Part shown: positions 9,386 to 22,101 of the stretch, one piece after another
Layout: each line of letters begins with the position of its first letter
Position numbering within the stretch: the first letter of the stretch is position 1
Assembly: GCA_036507075.1 (NCBI GenBank)
Contig: DASXQR010000060.1
Location: 36,895-100,894 of the forward strand
Source: Acidobacteriota bacterium
Lineage (GTDB): Bacteria > Acidobacteriota > UBA6911 > JACQSX01
Length of the DNA: 64,000 nt
Reading direction: 5' to 3'
Notes under the pieces: generated by a model
The model's database searches: none
Told to the model about the DNA's origin: nothing
The model's input: only the letters and a program-made list of their open reading frames with translations
Position numbers and translations under genes: made by a program

Positions 9386-9899
9386 TCACCCCAGAGGCTT
9401 AGCGCGGCGAAGCCGCAACCAAAAGTCAAGGAGAGACGGCCTGAGGGCCGTCTCTCTGAGGTGTCCTGCCAAGCTGAGACGGCCCTCAGGCCGTCTCTCC
9501 GCTCCCGAATAACTTGCGCAGGCCGCGAAAATTCTCATGGTTAGTAGTACAGAGAACACGGAATCGTCCGTTGCCAGTGGTCCGTTGTCGGTGGTTCTTG
9601 CATACTGGTCGTCAGGAGTGACAACTGACAACGGGCACTGACAACGAACAATCCTGTGTCCCCTGTGTAACCTGTTGGCAACCTCTTGTTTTTTTGACAA
9701 GATTTCAGAAGACAAAACCGCCCACGTCGACTTTATCCGTCTACGGCGACGTACGGCGACGTGCACGTCAATGTCCACGGAACACGTCCAAGCTGCTTGA
9801 GGGATTTAGAGCTTAATCATTTTGGTCAACATCGACAGGATGCGTTCGACGAGTTGCCTTCTGGCTACCTAACCGGGGCTGTGCCTCTGCGGTGAAGTC
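9386..9899. mobile_element. Composite non-autonomous element: palindromic host with TIR-less inserts at 9401-9550 (+) and 9667-9880 (-)
   Basis: Host core matches 40972-41116; minus insert matches 22121-22394; ends match 63728-63961. Confidence 0.75.
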
Positions 9900-9994
9900 C
9901 CTCCCTCTACAGGCAACGCAATAAAAAGGGCGCGAAAGCAGGAGGATGCAAAAATTGCGGTCTTCGCGCCCTTTCGCGCGTTGGCGGTTTAGAA

Positions 9995-10147
9995 TTACAA
10001 AACCGGTCTGCGGCCCGTGATTATGTTGATCAGGATCACGATGATGGCCAGCACCAACAGCAGGTGAATAAACCCGCCGATCGTGTACGACGAAACCATC
10101 CCGAGCAGCCACAAAATCAAAAGAATCACGGCTATCGTCCAAAGCAT
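9995..10147 (-). CDS. lmo0937-family (DUF5670) small membrane protein, 50 aa
   Basis: Below ORF-track cutoff; AGGAGG RBS; MLWTIAVILLILWLLGMVSSYTIGGFIHLLLVLAIIVILINIITGRRPVL. Confidence 0.9.
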   Translation of the reverse strand: MLWTIAVILLILWLLGMVSSYTIGGFIHLLLVLAIIVILINIITGRRPVL

Positions 10148-10160
10148 ATAAACCTCCTGT

Positions 10161-10598
10161 TTATGATTTATGAGCTCGCTTTGCGTGTGATACGGGTTCT
10201 GCCCCGTGCGGCACCATCAGGTTTGACGTCACCCGTTTTACACCGTCCACGCTGCGGGCAAGTTCAACGGCACGGTCCGCTTCCTGTTTACTCGCCACCT
10301 GCCCGTTCAGCGTGACCATACCATCTTTTGTATCGACGTTTATTTTGGTTGCCGAAACTTTGTCATCATTGGCAAACTTCAATTTGACGGCAGCGGTAAT
10401 CGTCGCGTCGGCCGACATTTCTCCCGCCTTCTTTGCCAGTTCTTTGGCCTCTTCACCTACTTTTTCGGCGTTCTTCGCGATGATTTGTCCGGCATCCTTG
10501 GCGGCGCTTTTTGCCGCGCCGGCGGTATCACTATTCTTACTGCAGCCTGCTGCAACCACGAAAAGCAGAAACAAGCCGCATAGACAGAACTTTTTCAT
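10161..10598 (-). CDS. BON-domain (OsmY-like) lipoprotein
   Basis: Lipobox AAGC; DATITAAVK...INVDTKDGMVTLNGQV...VDGVKRVTSNL. Confidence 0.9.
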   Translation of the reverse strand: MKKFCLCGLFLLFVVAAGCSKNSDTAGAAKSAAKDAGQIIAKNAEKVGEEAKELAKKAGEMSADATITAAVKLKFANDDKVSATKINVDTKDGMVTLNGQVASKQEADRAVELARSVDGVKRVTSNLMVPHGAEPVSHAKRAHKS

Positions 10599-10786
10599 GG
10601 CCGAAACCCTCCTTCATTGGGGAGGTTCTCTTTCCCTTAGTTATTCAATCATGAAGGGGAAGGAAGAGGAAGGATGAAGGGATACCAGTCACCAGCCGAA
10701 CCGCGCGCGTAAGCAAGCGGACCCTCGCAGTTGGCGATTACAGTCAAGACTGGTTGGAAGTGCGACATCGAGGGTCCGCTTGCTTA

Positions 10787-10985
10787 CCCGGATTATTCAC
10801 AAACTGCAGGAACTAGCCGCCGATTTACGCGGACAACGCTGGTGGTATCGGGGTCGAGGGATGGGCGTCGACGCTCGGCGAAACTAACACACTGCCGTGA
10901 TGGAGCCCATCCCTCGACCCCGATACTAATCCGTGTTTTCCGAGTAGATCAGCGGCCAATTCTTTCAGTTTATGAATAATCCGGG
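10787..10985. mobile_element. MITE with 20-bp TIRs and 4-bp target duplication CTTA
   Basis: CTTA|CCCGGATTATTCACAAACTG...CAGTTTATGAATAATCCGGG|CTTA (19/20 match). Confidence 0.85.
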
Positions 10986-11041
10986 CTTACGCGCGCGGTT
11001 CGGCTGGCGCGGCTCGTGTCCCGCTTCCCGCCGAGTCGACT

Positions 11042-14000
11042 TTACGGCCTTCCGTTCTTCTGGCCCAGTTCTTTCAGCAGCTCTTGGACCGCTGTTTCAA
11101 GTTGGCGATCGCGGCCGACGAGATTATCTTCGGGCGTATTTTCAACCAGAATATCCGGGCGGACTCCGTAGTTTTCCATATTGGTACGCTTCGCATCGGC
11201 CAGGAAAACTCCTACGCCTGGAGTTCGTACCGTTGAACCGTCGATCAGTGAATAACTGCCCGTGCCGATCACCGCTCCCATGGTAGGTGTCCCGATGACC
11301 TTTCCTAACCCGAGCGCCCGGAAACCAGCCGGGAACATCTCCGCATTGGAGGCGGATCTCCAGTTTTGCAGCACTACTTTGGGACCGAAGAAGCCGGCAA
11401 ACGGTCGGAGCGTCGGCTCGGTCCCGCGCGGTTGCCACACCTGGTACTGGCGCTGCACTAGAATTCCAAGCAGTTCCTGTTCGATGTTTCCGCCGCCGTT
11501 CCAACGTTCGTCAATGATGAGAGCCTCTTTGTTTCTGTTTTCTCGCAGTTCCTTCTCGAATTTGCGAAGTGAAGCCGGATTCATCGCCTGGATATGGAGA
11601 TATCCGATCCGTCCCACTGACAACTTATCGACCATCTCGCGGCGCGTTTTTACCCAGTGTTCGTACCGCAGTTGGCCGTAATCCTGCGAAGAAACCGGCT
11701 CAATGCGCGTCTTCCAGGCGGCCTCGGCAGCCGGTTTGTCATTGAAGGTAACATCGACCTTTCGATTCAGCCGGTAATTCAACAGCGGCCAGTAATTGTC
11801 ACCCGCCCGGATTTCTTTGCCGTTAATCGCGATCAGGTAATTTCCGGGACCGACGCGCACCCAATCCTTGTCGGCCGGTCCATTTTCATAAACGTGAGAG
11901 ACGCGGTAACGGCCGGCGTTTTCGTCGCTCACCAGCTCCAGTCCCAGATTTCCGCTGCTCACACCTGCTCCCCTGGAAAAAGGCGGAGGCGCCGCGCCTG
12001 TGTGGGACGCATTCAGCTCCCCGATCATCTCGTTGATGATATTCAACAGTTCCTGACGATCGCCGACATGCTCCACCAGGGGTTGATACTTCGATTTCAT
12101 GGCGTCCCAGTCATGGCCATGCATCTTGGGATCGTAGAAGCGGTATTTCATCGTGCGCCAGGCATCTTCGAACATCTCGGTCCATTCCTCAGGACGATCG
12201 ACCTTTACCTTGGCAACAAAGTTGACGCGGCGGCGCGCACCCTCGCCACCCCTGCCGGCGTCCGCAGTTCTGGAAATTTCCGTGGTGCGCGATGTGTCGC
12301 CTCCGCGTCCAAAGCCGATCCCCGAAAAACCACCGGCACCCGCGGAAGCAGGCATAGAAACGGAGTAAACCGATTTTCCCTCCTTGAAGAACAGGGATCT
12401 CCCGTCGCGAGAGAATCGAAAACCGGAAATCCCTTCTCCGAAACCGAAACGCTGAGGACTTCCGCCGTCCTCTGAAGCGGAGGCCGCTCCCGCGGTCACA
12501 CGAGTGAGATTCCTCCCGTCATCTTTGATCGAGTAGATCACCGGCGTGGTACGCGTGCCCGACGGCTCGCTTGTCAAAAAGACAATCGTGCGACTGTCGG
12601 GAGCCACGGCAAAAGTTCCGACAGCAAACGGCATGCGGGTGATCTGACGGGTTCGTCTCTTCAATCCGGGCCAGTCAATCTTGATTTCCCGCGCCGGCTG
12701 GTTGCGCAGTCCCTGCCTGCGGCTCTCTCCCTCCCGGACCGCTGACTCCGCGCCACTATCTGAGGGATCCGTCGATTCCAGACGCTCTTCGGGTTCATTG
12801 GGATCTCGCTCTTCCCGTTCGAGCGTAATCGCATAAATCTGGGAGGAAGCCGAACTGCCAAACGCGCCGCCGCCAAAACTCCCTTCTGAGCGGATAAAGA
12901 GCAGCTTGCGGCCGTCAGGAGAAAAGCGTGGATTGAAATCATTGTACGAGTCAAACGTGACCTTCCTCTCCTCACCCCCAGGCGAAGGGATCAGATAGAT
13001 GTCTGAATTACGGGTCGGGTCCGATTTGGAAAACGCGATCCAGCGCCCATCGGGAGACCATGCCGGCGCGCCGATGCTGCCGTACGGCGACGAGGACAGC
13101 TCCACGGTTTGTTTATTCTCCAGATTATACCTGCGCAGCTTGAGGTCCGAGGATGTGAAAGCGACCTCCTTTGACTGCGGCGACCAGGCAAAAGAGAATT
13201 TCAGGGCGTCCAGATCTGTGATTTTCTGCGGCTCTCCGGCGCCATCCGAGGCCGAGAGGTAGATCTCCTCGCGCCCGCTGCGGTCCGAGACATATGCGAT
13301 CCACTTCCCGTCCGGAGAATACTGCGGATCTTTGTCGCGTGCCGGACCCTCGGTGATCTGCCTCAGATCCCCCTCTTCCACGGGAGCCGTGAATATCTCG
13401 CCATGAGTGGAAAGCACGATCCTTCGAACCGCGGGGGAAAGATCGTAATCGTCCAGTTCGGAGACAAAGTCGCGAACTTCGGTAAGATTCTCCTGAGTTT
13501 CCGCCGTGATATCGAACTTCAGCGGCGTGATTTTACGGCTCGGAAGATCCAGTTTCCATATGCCGAAATCGTGCTCGAACACGATCACCTTGCCGTCCGC
13601 GCTGATTGCGGGCCAGCGCGCGTCTCCGCTGGTGAAACTGGTGACGCGTTCCGCTTTCCCGCCGTTTTCAGGCACCCGCCAGATATTTGTCAGGCCGGCG
13701 CCTTCGCGATCGCTCACGAAATAAATGTGCCCGTCGGTGCTCCACATAGGCCACGAATCGATTCCCTCAAAGTTGGTCAGCTCCGAAAATTTCCGGGCGG
13801 CGATGTCCATCACGGTAATGTCGGTCTGGTAGGCGCCGCGATAATACTTGCGCCAGTACTGCTGCGCCTTCCGATTGAGTGCCAGCTTTCGGCCGTCGGG
13901 CGAATAGCTGGCCCACACCCCCATATCGGCGCCCGCATTTCTCTCCCGCCTGTCGTCTATGGAAACCAGATACAACTTGCCCATGAAATCTTCGCCCCGA

Positions 14001-14374
14001 TTGGTGGCAAAGAGTACGGCACGGGAATCCGGTGACCAGGCCAGAACCGTGTCGTCGGCTGAATGGAACGTCAGTTGTTTTGGAGTGCCGCCCGAGGACG
14101 GCACCACAAATACGTCCAGGTTACCGTTGCGGTCGCTGGAGAACGCGATCCATTTGCCATCGGGAGAAAAACGCGGATACACGTCCCGTGCTTTGTGCAC
14201 TGTAACGCGCCGAAGATTCTGCCCATCCTCGTCCCCGGTCCAGATATCCCCAAGATAAGTGAACGCCACACGTCCCTGGTGGTAGTGAGGATAGCGAATC
14301 AGCTTTGCTTCGCGAGCCGACACAGACGCCGGCAATGACAACAAGAAAAATACGATGACACTGAGCTTTTTCAT
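11042..14374 (-). CDS. Tricorn-like S41 protease (beta-propellers, PDZ, catalytic domain), secreted
   Basis: Signal peptide MKKLSVIVFFLLSLPASVSA; many SPDG/PD40 repeats; GELNASH, IIDERWNGGG, SASNAE, ENYGVRPDI. Confidence 0.93.
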   Translation of the reverse strand: MKKLSVIVFFLLSLPASVSAREAKLIRYPHYHQGRVAFTYLGDIWTGDEDGQNLRRVTVHKARDVYPRFSPDGKWIAFSSDRNGNLDVFVVPSSGGTPKQLTFHSADDTVLAWSPDSRAVLFATNRGEDFMGKLYLVSIDDRRERNAGADMGVWASYSPDGRKLALNRKAQQYWRKYYRGAYQTDITVMDIAARKFSELTNFEGIDSWPMWSTDGHIYFVSDREGAGLTNIWRVPENGGKAERVTSFTSGDARWPAISADGKVIVFEHDFGIWKLDLPSRKITPLKFDITAETQENLTEVRDFVSELDDYDLSPAVRRIVLSTHGEIFTAPVEEGDLRQITEGPARDKDPQYSPDGKWIAYVSDRSGREEIYLSASDGAGEPQKITDLDALKFSFAWSPQSKEVAFTSSDLKLRRYNLENKQTVELSSSPYGSIGAPAWSPDGRWIAFSKSDPTRNSDIYLIPSPGGEERKVTFDSYNDFNPRFSPDGRKLLFIRSEGSFGGGAFGSSASSQIYAITLEREERDPNEPEERLESTDPSDSGAESAVREGESRRQGLRNQPAREIKIDWPGLKRRTRQITRMPFAVGTFAVAPDSRTIVFLTSEPSGTRTTPVIYSIKDDGRNLTRVTAGAASASEDGGSPQRFGFGEGISGFRFSRDGRSLFFKEGKSVYSVSMPASAGAGGFSGIGFGRGGDTSRTTEISRTADAGRGGEGARRRVNFVAKVKVDRPEEWTEMFEDAWRTMKYRFYDPKMHGHDWDAMKSKYQPLVEHVGDRQELLNIINEMIGELNASHTGAAPPPFSRGAGVSSGNLGLELVSDENAGRYRVSHVYENGPADKDWVRVGPGNYLIAINGKEIRAGDNYWPLLNYRLNRKVDVTFNDKPAAEAAWKTRIEPVSSQDYGQLRYEHWVKTRREMVDKLSVGRIGYLHIQAMNPASLRKFEKELRENRNKEALIIDERWNGGGNIEQELLGILVQRQYQVWQPRGTEPTLRPFAGFFGPKVVLQNWRSASNAEMFPAGFRALGLGKVIGTPTMGAVIGTGSYSLIDGSTVRTPGVGVFLADAKRTNMENYGVRPDILVENTPEDNLVGRDRQLETAVQELLKELGQKNGRP

Positions 14375-14738
14375 GGCACCCCCCAAAGCGCACCTTGCCG
14401 GCTTGTGCCCTTCAACCTGTGCCACTTTCAGTCACAGCGCGGCGCACGACTCAAATTTGATCCGTATCTCACTACCATAATACTTCTCGCCCGTACTGCA
14501 CAAATGTTTGACGTTTTACGGAAATAATGACGCCTGGTGAAAAGTTTTCACATTCTGGAAGGTTGGTTTCAACCGGCATATCCGGACAGGATCACGGTAA
14601 ACCGCTTGCGCGGAAAGAATTTACACCGCCGCGTACAAGGAAAGGCGTCCGGGATTTCGGAGATCTTCAAATGGGTCCCGAACTTGCTTTCAACTCCCTT
14701 GCATGACTGAAGCGTTAATGGAGCGGAGGAAGGAAAAC

Positions 14739-14936
14739 TTGACCTGCAGATTTGTGAAAGGCGACCGCGTGCGGTCCGTTGTCCCCCCCGGTTTGGAAGG
14801 TGAAGTCACCGAATGGTGGGCGGACGGATTTAACAGCTCGCACAGAGTTTACGTCGTTGTCCGTGAGCAGAACGGAAACTGTTTTTGTGCCTCTCAGGAC
14901 CACGTGGAACTTGTCGGGAATCGTAGCGCGGCTTAG
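14739..14936 (+). CDS. Small hypothetical protein, SH3/KOW-like pattern (~65 aa, TTG start)
   Basis: GGAGGAAGGA before in-frame TTG; FVKGDRVR...GEV...VYVV...HVELV pattern. Confidence 0.55.
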   Translation: MTCRFVKGDRVRSVVPPGLEGEVTEWWADGFNSSHRVYVVVREQNGNCFCASQDHVELVGNRSAA

Positions 14937-14942
14937 GGGAAA

Positions 14943-15013
14943 CTGCCCGGCAAGGATTCGAACCTCGATAACCTGGTTCAGAGCCAGGCGTGTTGCCGTT
15001 ACACCACCGGGCA
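14943..15013 (-). tRNA. tRNA-Gln(CTG), CCA not encoded
   Basis: TGCCCGG TGGTGTAACGGCAACAC G CCTGG CT-CTG-AA CCAGG TTAT CGAGG TTCGAAT CCTTG CCGGGCA G cloverleaf. Confidence 0.96.
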
Positions 15014-15045
15014 GCACAAGAAATTCACAACAATTTAGCATTTAG

Positions 15046-15074
15046 ATTTTAAGCAAAACTTCCCGCCAACTCAA
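15046..15074 (-). promoter_or_regulatory. Sigma70-type promoter for tRNA-Gln
   Basis: TTGAGT-17 nt-TAAAAT. Confidence 0.55.
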
Positions 15075-15087
15075 GAAACGCTACCCA

Positions 15088-15198
15088 AATGCGGATTTTC
15101 GAATGCGGAATAGCCCAGTAATTTGTTCTTGCAGCTTAGCTTGAATCGTTCCGAATTCCTCGTTCCGCATTCCGCATTCCAAATTCCGCATTCCGCAT
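15088..15198. repeat. Inverted heptamer arrays (AATGCGG / CCGCATT family)
   Basis: AATGCGGA units followed by TTCCGCA units. Confidence 0.8.
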
Positions 15199-15207
15199 TT
15201 GTCCCCT

Positions 15208-15639
15208 TTAGCCACCCATGCGGCTTATGCCGGATTTGCTTGCCACCTGCAAACGGTTGACCGCTTTTTCAAGGGCGATGCGGGCGCGCTCAAAATCAAC
15301 GTCCGGATCCTTGGATTTGAGTCGGTTTTCTGCCCGTTCCTTGGACTGTTCGGCCCTCGACACGTCAATGTCTTCGGGTCGTTCGGCAATCTCGGCAAGC
15401 ACAGACACGCGGTCGGGCAGGACTTCCAGAAAGCCCCAGGAGCAGAAAAGATAAGTCCGTTTGTCTCCCTGCCGGTACATGATCTCTCCAATCTTCAATT
15501 CCGAGAGAAGCGGGGCATGACCCGGCAGAATCCCCAGATAGCCTTCCACTCCGGGAACCGACACTTCATCCACGTCGCCGGAAAACAGCAGCCGGTCGGG
15601 TGAAACGATTTCAAGTCTTATTTTTTCAGGCAGAGCCAT
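15208..15639 (-). CDS. atpC: ATP synthase epsilon subunit
   Basis: LEIVSPDR...GYLGILPGHAPL...GFLEV...VLAE. Confidence 0.96.
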   Translation of the reverse strand: MALPEKIRLEIVSPDRLLFSGDVDEVSVPGVEGYLGILPGHAPLLSELKIGEIMYRQGDKRTYLFCSWGFLEVLPDRVSVLAEIAERPEDIDVSRAEQSKERAENRLKSKDPDVDFERARIALEKAVNRLQVASKSGISRMGG

Positions 15640-15710
15640 GTGTTGTTACGCTTTCAACATAATTGGAGCCAACCAGGTCAGTACCACGTTCTGCCTTCCG
15701 CTTTCCGCTT

Positions 15711-17171
<1,461 letters not shown>

Positions 17172-17195
17172 TCAAACCTCGATTCTCCACTTCGT

Positions 17196-17476
17196 TACGG
17201 GTTTTCGGGTTAACGGGTTACGGGTTAACGGGTAACGGGTTACGGGTTTTCGGGTTGCGAGTTGCGGGTTTTCGGGTTGCGAGTTGCGGGTTTGCAGTCA
17301 ACCCACCGCTCATTGATCCCTCGACCTCCATGGAAAACTCCTAACCCAGAACCCGAAACTCGAAAACTCGAAAATTCGCAACCCGAAACCACAACTCGAA
17401 AACCCGCAACCCGTAACCCGCAACTCCAAAACCTGTAACCCGTAAACCCGCGACCCGAAAACCCGCCAACCCGCAA
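17196..17476. repeat. Inverted telomere-like heptamer arrays between atpG and atpD
   Basis: CGGGTTA/CGGGTTG run 17196-17292; AACCCG/AACTCG run 17335-17476. Confidence 0.9.
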
Positions 17477-18343
17477 CTATTCGGCGAGCGCATTTGCGCC
17501 GCTGACGATTTCGATAATTTCCTTGGTGATTGTCGCCTGGCGAATTCGGTTCATATTGAGCGTCAGCCTCTCGATCATGTCCTTGGCGTTGGAAGTCGCC
17601 GCGTCCATGGCCGCCATGCGCGCCCCATGTTCAGAGGCGGCAGATTCCAGCAAAGCGCGGAAAATCTGCACTTCAACGTGGCGCGGCACCAGGTGGCTGA
17701 AGATCACCTGGGGCTCCTGCTCGTAGATATAGTCGAGGCTGACGCCGGTCTTTTCCTCGATATCGTGGATCTCGCCGATGGGCAGCAGCTTTTCAACCAC
17801 GATGCGCTGCTGGATGACCGACTTGAACTCGTTGTAAACGAGATGCACTTCGTCCAGTGTTTCGGCCTCGTACTGTTCGATCACCGACCTGGCCACGCGG
17901 CGCGCTTCCTGGTAATCAATCCTGGCCATTACATTGATGTAGTGTTCGCGGATCTTGTATGGGCGGCGCTTGAAATAGTCATAGCCCTTCCGTCCGACGG
18001 CGGTGAGCTGCAGCTCAGAATTGGAATGCTGTGTCAGGAACAAGCTTGCCGCCTTCACGATATTGGTATTGAAGGCCCCGCACAAGCCTTTATCGGCGGT
18101 AATCACCACCACCAGAATCCGATCTGACCCGCGCCGCTTCAAAAGCGGATGTTCTTTGTCTTCGACGCGTGTAATCACGCTGTTCAGCACGGCCAGCATC
18201 CGGTTGGCATAGGGGCGCGCCGCGATGATCCGGTCCTGGGCGCGCTTCAGTTTGCTGGCGGAGACAAACTTCATTGCGCGGGTGGTTTTCTGAATATTTT
18301 TGACGCTCCGGATGCGCCTGCGGACGTCCCTTAAGTTTGGCAT
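17477..18343 (-). CDS. atpG: ATP synthase gamma subunit
   Basis: TRAMKFVSASK, DKGLCGAFN, SEHGARMAAM, RQATITKEIIEIVSGA. Confidence 0.98.
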   Translation of the reverse strand: MPNLRDVRRRIRSVKNIQKTTRAMKFVSASKLKRAQDRIIAARPYANRMLAVLNSVITRVEDKEHPLLKRRGSDRILVVVITADKGLCGAFNTNIVKAASLFLTQHSNSELQLTAVGRKGYDYFKRRPYKIREHYINVMARIDYQEARRVARSVIEQYEAETLDEVHLVYNEFKSVIQQRIVVEKLLPIGEIHDIEEKTGVSLDYIYEQEPQVIFSHLVPRHVEVQIFRALLESAASEHGARMAAMDAATSNAKDMIERLTLNMNRIRQATITKEIIEIVSGANALAE

Positions 18344-18397
18344 CGGTTCAATAATCCAAAGGGGTGCAGCCGAAACCGCGACTAAGAACCCGGGAAT

Positions 18398-18655
18398 AAT
18401 TGCGGATTTCGGAATGCGGAACCTTGGACAAATGCGGATTTCGGAATGCGGAATGCGGAATAAAAAAACATGATCGGCCGGTGACTCTGACTTTCATCTC
18501 TTATTCTATGCGCGTATCCCGCATTCTTTACAGCCTGCCCAATCCTCACTCCGCGTTCGACATTCCGAATTCCGCATTCCCAATTCCACATTCCCAATTC
18601 TGCATTCCACATACCACATTCGGCATTCCGCATTCCGCATTCTACATTCCGCATT
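18398..18655. repeat. Inverted heptamer arrays (AATGCGG / GCATTCC) between atpA and atpG
   Basis: GGAATGC units 18398-18460; CATTCC(G/A) units 18545-18655. Confidence 0.9.
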
Positions 18656-18719
18656 CTCAAGGTACTCTGAGTATCCTGCTTGAACTGCAGCATTTGCCAC
18701 CCAGCTCAACAGCGTTTGT

Positions 18720-20790
<2,071 letters not shown>

Positions 20791-20791
<1 letters not shown>

Positions 20792-21489
20792 TACCTTATC
20801 GCCTCCACTTCCGAGACGAACTTTTTCAGCATGCGTTCCTGGTCGTTTTGATCTATGTTTTTCCTGATGATATCGCCCGCCAGTTCGACGCTCAATTTGC
20901 CGGCATAACGTCTCAGCTCCTTCTGTGCCGATTTCACCATACCATCGACCTCCCTGCGAGCTACTGCCAGAATCTTCTCGGATTCCTGGCGCGCCAATTC
21001 CTCGAGCCGGTGAGCCTCGTCGAGTATCTCCTGTTCCGATCTGGCCCGAATTTCGGCGAGCTGCTCTTCGATACGGTTCATGCGAAGCTCAATTTCCTGG
21101 ATCTTGCTTTCCGCTTCCCGCAGGCGGCGCGCGGCCTCAGCCAGTTTGCGGTGAATTTCCTGGCGCCGCTGTTCAAAAAAAGCCCCCGCCGGCTTTCGTA
21201 CCAAATAAATCAACCCACCGAAAAGAAGGAACAGGTTAAAGAAGCGACCGACCGTCTCCCAGACGCCCCAGCCCGCTTCCGCCTCCGCGGCTGTTTCGGC
21301 AGCAAACACCGGCGCCGCACAAAGAAAAACCACAGCACCTTGTACAAGAATCGAACGTCGAACTAAGGTTTTCAAACTACTGCACCAATCTGTTTTCGTC
21401 AGCGTAGACGTAGCCGTAGACGTTGACGTGGTCGTGCACGTAGACGTCCTTCTCTTTGAGGCCTTTGGCCTGGACCTCTGGGAATTCAT
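20791..21489 (-). CDS. atpF: ATP synthase subunit b with N-terminal extension (alternative TTG start at 21375)
   Basis: TM FFNLFLLFGGLIYL then RKP..FFEQRRQEI coiled coil; ATG overlaps upstream stop. Confidence 0.88.
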
Positions 21490-21917
21490 CCTATCTCACG
21501 CCCCAAAATAGCTCGCCCGATTTGCACCGCAATCTGCCTTGCCTCAGATTCGAGAGGCGCCTTCAGTTTTTCCATCTGAGTCGATATTTCCTTCCTGGAG
21601 TCGGCAATCATCTGGTCCGCCTTTTTACGGGTCTCAGCGATGGCCTGTGCCCGGCGGGCAATCGCTTCATTACGGCGTTGTTCCTGAAGGCGATAACTTT
21701 CAGACTTCTGCTTACGGACTCGATTTTCGTAATCCTCGCTGAGCCGGCGGTAACGTTCCAGAAGCCGTTCGGACTCTTCAAGCTGCCCCGTTGTGCGCGC
21801 TTCGCGCTCCTTCATTATTCGTATGAACGGCTTGAAGAGAATCGCGTTCAAACAGAAAAGAGTAAACAGGAAAATGCCTGCCGCCGCGAGCAGCTCGTAA
21901 AGGTGGATTTCAATCAT
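21486..21917 (-). CDS. ATP synthase subunit b'
   Basis: MIEIHL...LNAILFKPFIRIMKERE coiled coil ending ILGREIG; ORF-track upstream extension discarded. Confidence 0.88.
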   Translation of the reverse strand: MIEIHLYELLAAAGIFLFTLFCLNAILFKPFIRIMKEREARTTGQLEESERLLERYRRLSEDYENRVRKQKSESYRLQEQRRNEAIARRAQAIAETRKKADQMIADSRKEISTQMEKLKAPLESEARQIAVQIGRAILGREIG

Positions 21918-22101
21918 CGCAAGTTTCGGGTTCTGCACCCCGGGGCAAGCCAAGAGCAACCGCCTCGGATCGATCCTAAACGCAAATACAAAAAGAAGTT
22001 TTGTAGCACAAAAGCGGGCTAAAGGGAAAGTGTTCTGAGGATTACAAAAACTAACTTTCGGAATAAGGGTCAGAGGGGAAGCTGGCCGCCATCGGGAAAA
22101 A

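Noticed and set aside
9232..9900. CRISPR array or group II intron interpretation of the repeats
   Set aside because: No constant 23-47-bp repeats with unique equal-length spacers, no cas or RT gene, and no domain V/VI structure recognised.
14430..15013. Prophage or genomic island at tRNA-Gln or tRNA-Leu
   Set aside because: No integrase and no duplicated tRNA 3' end (att site) noticed in the window.
17240..17476. Low-complexity ORFs over repeat arrays (also 7464-7955, 18382-18723, 54421-54670, 58553-58842)
   Set aside because: Open frames arise from stop-free tandem units; no RBS or domain signal.
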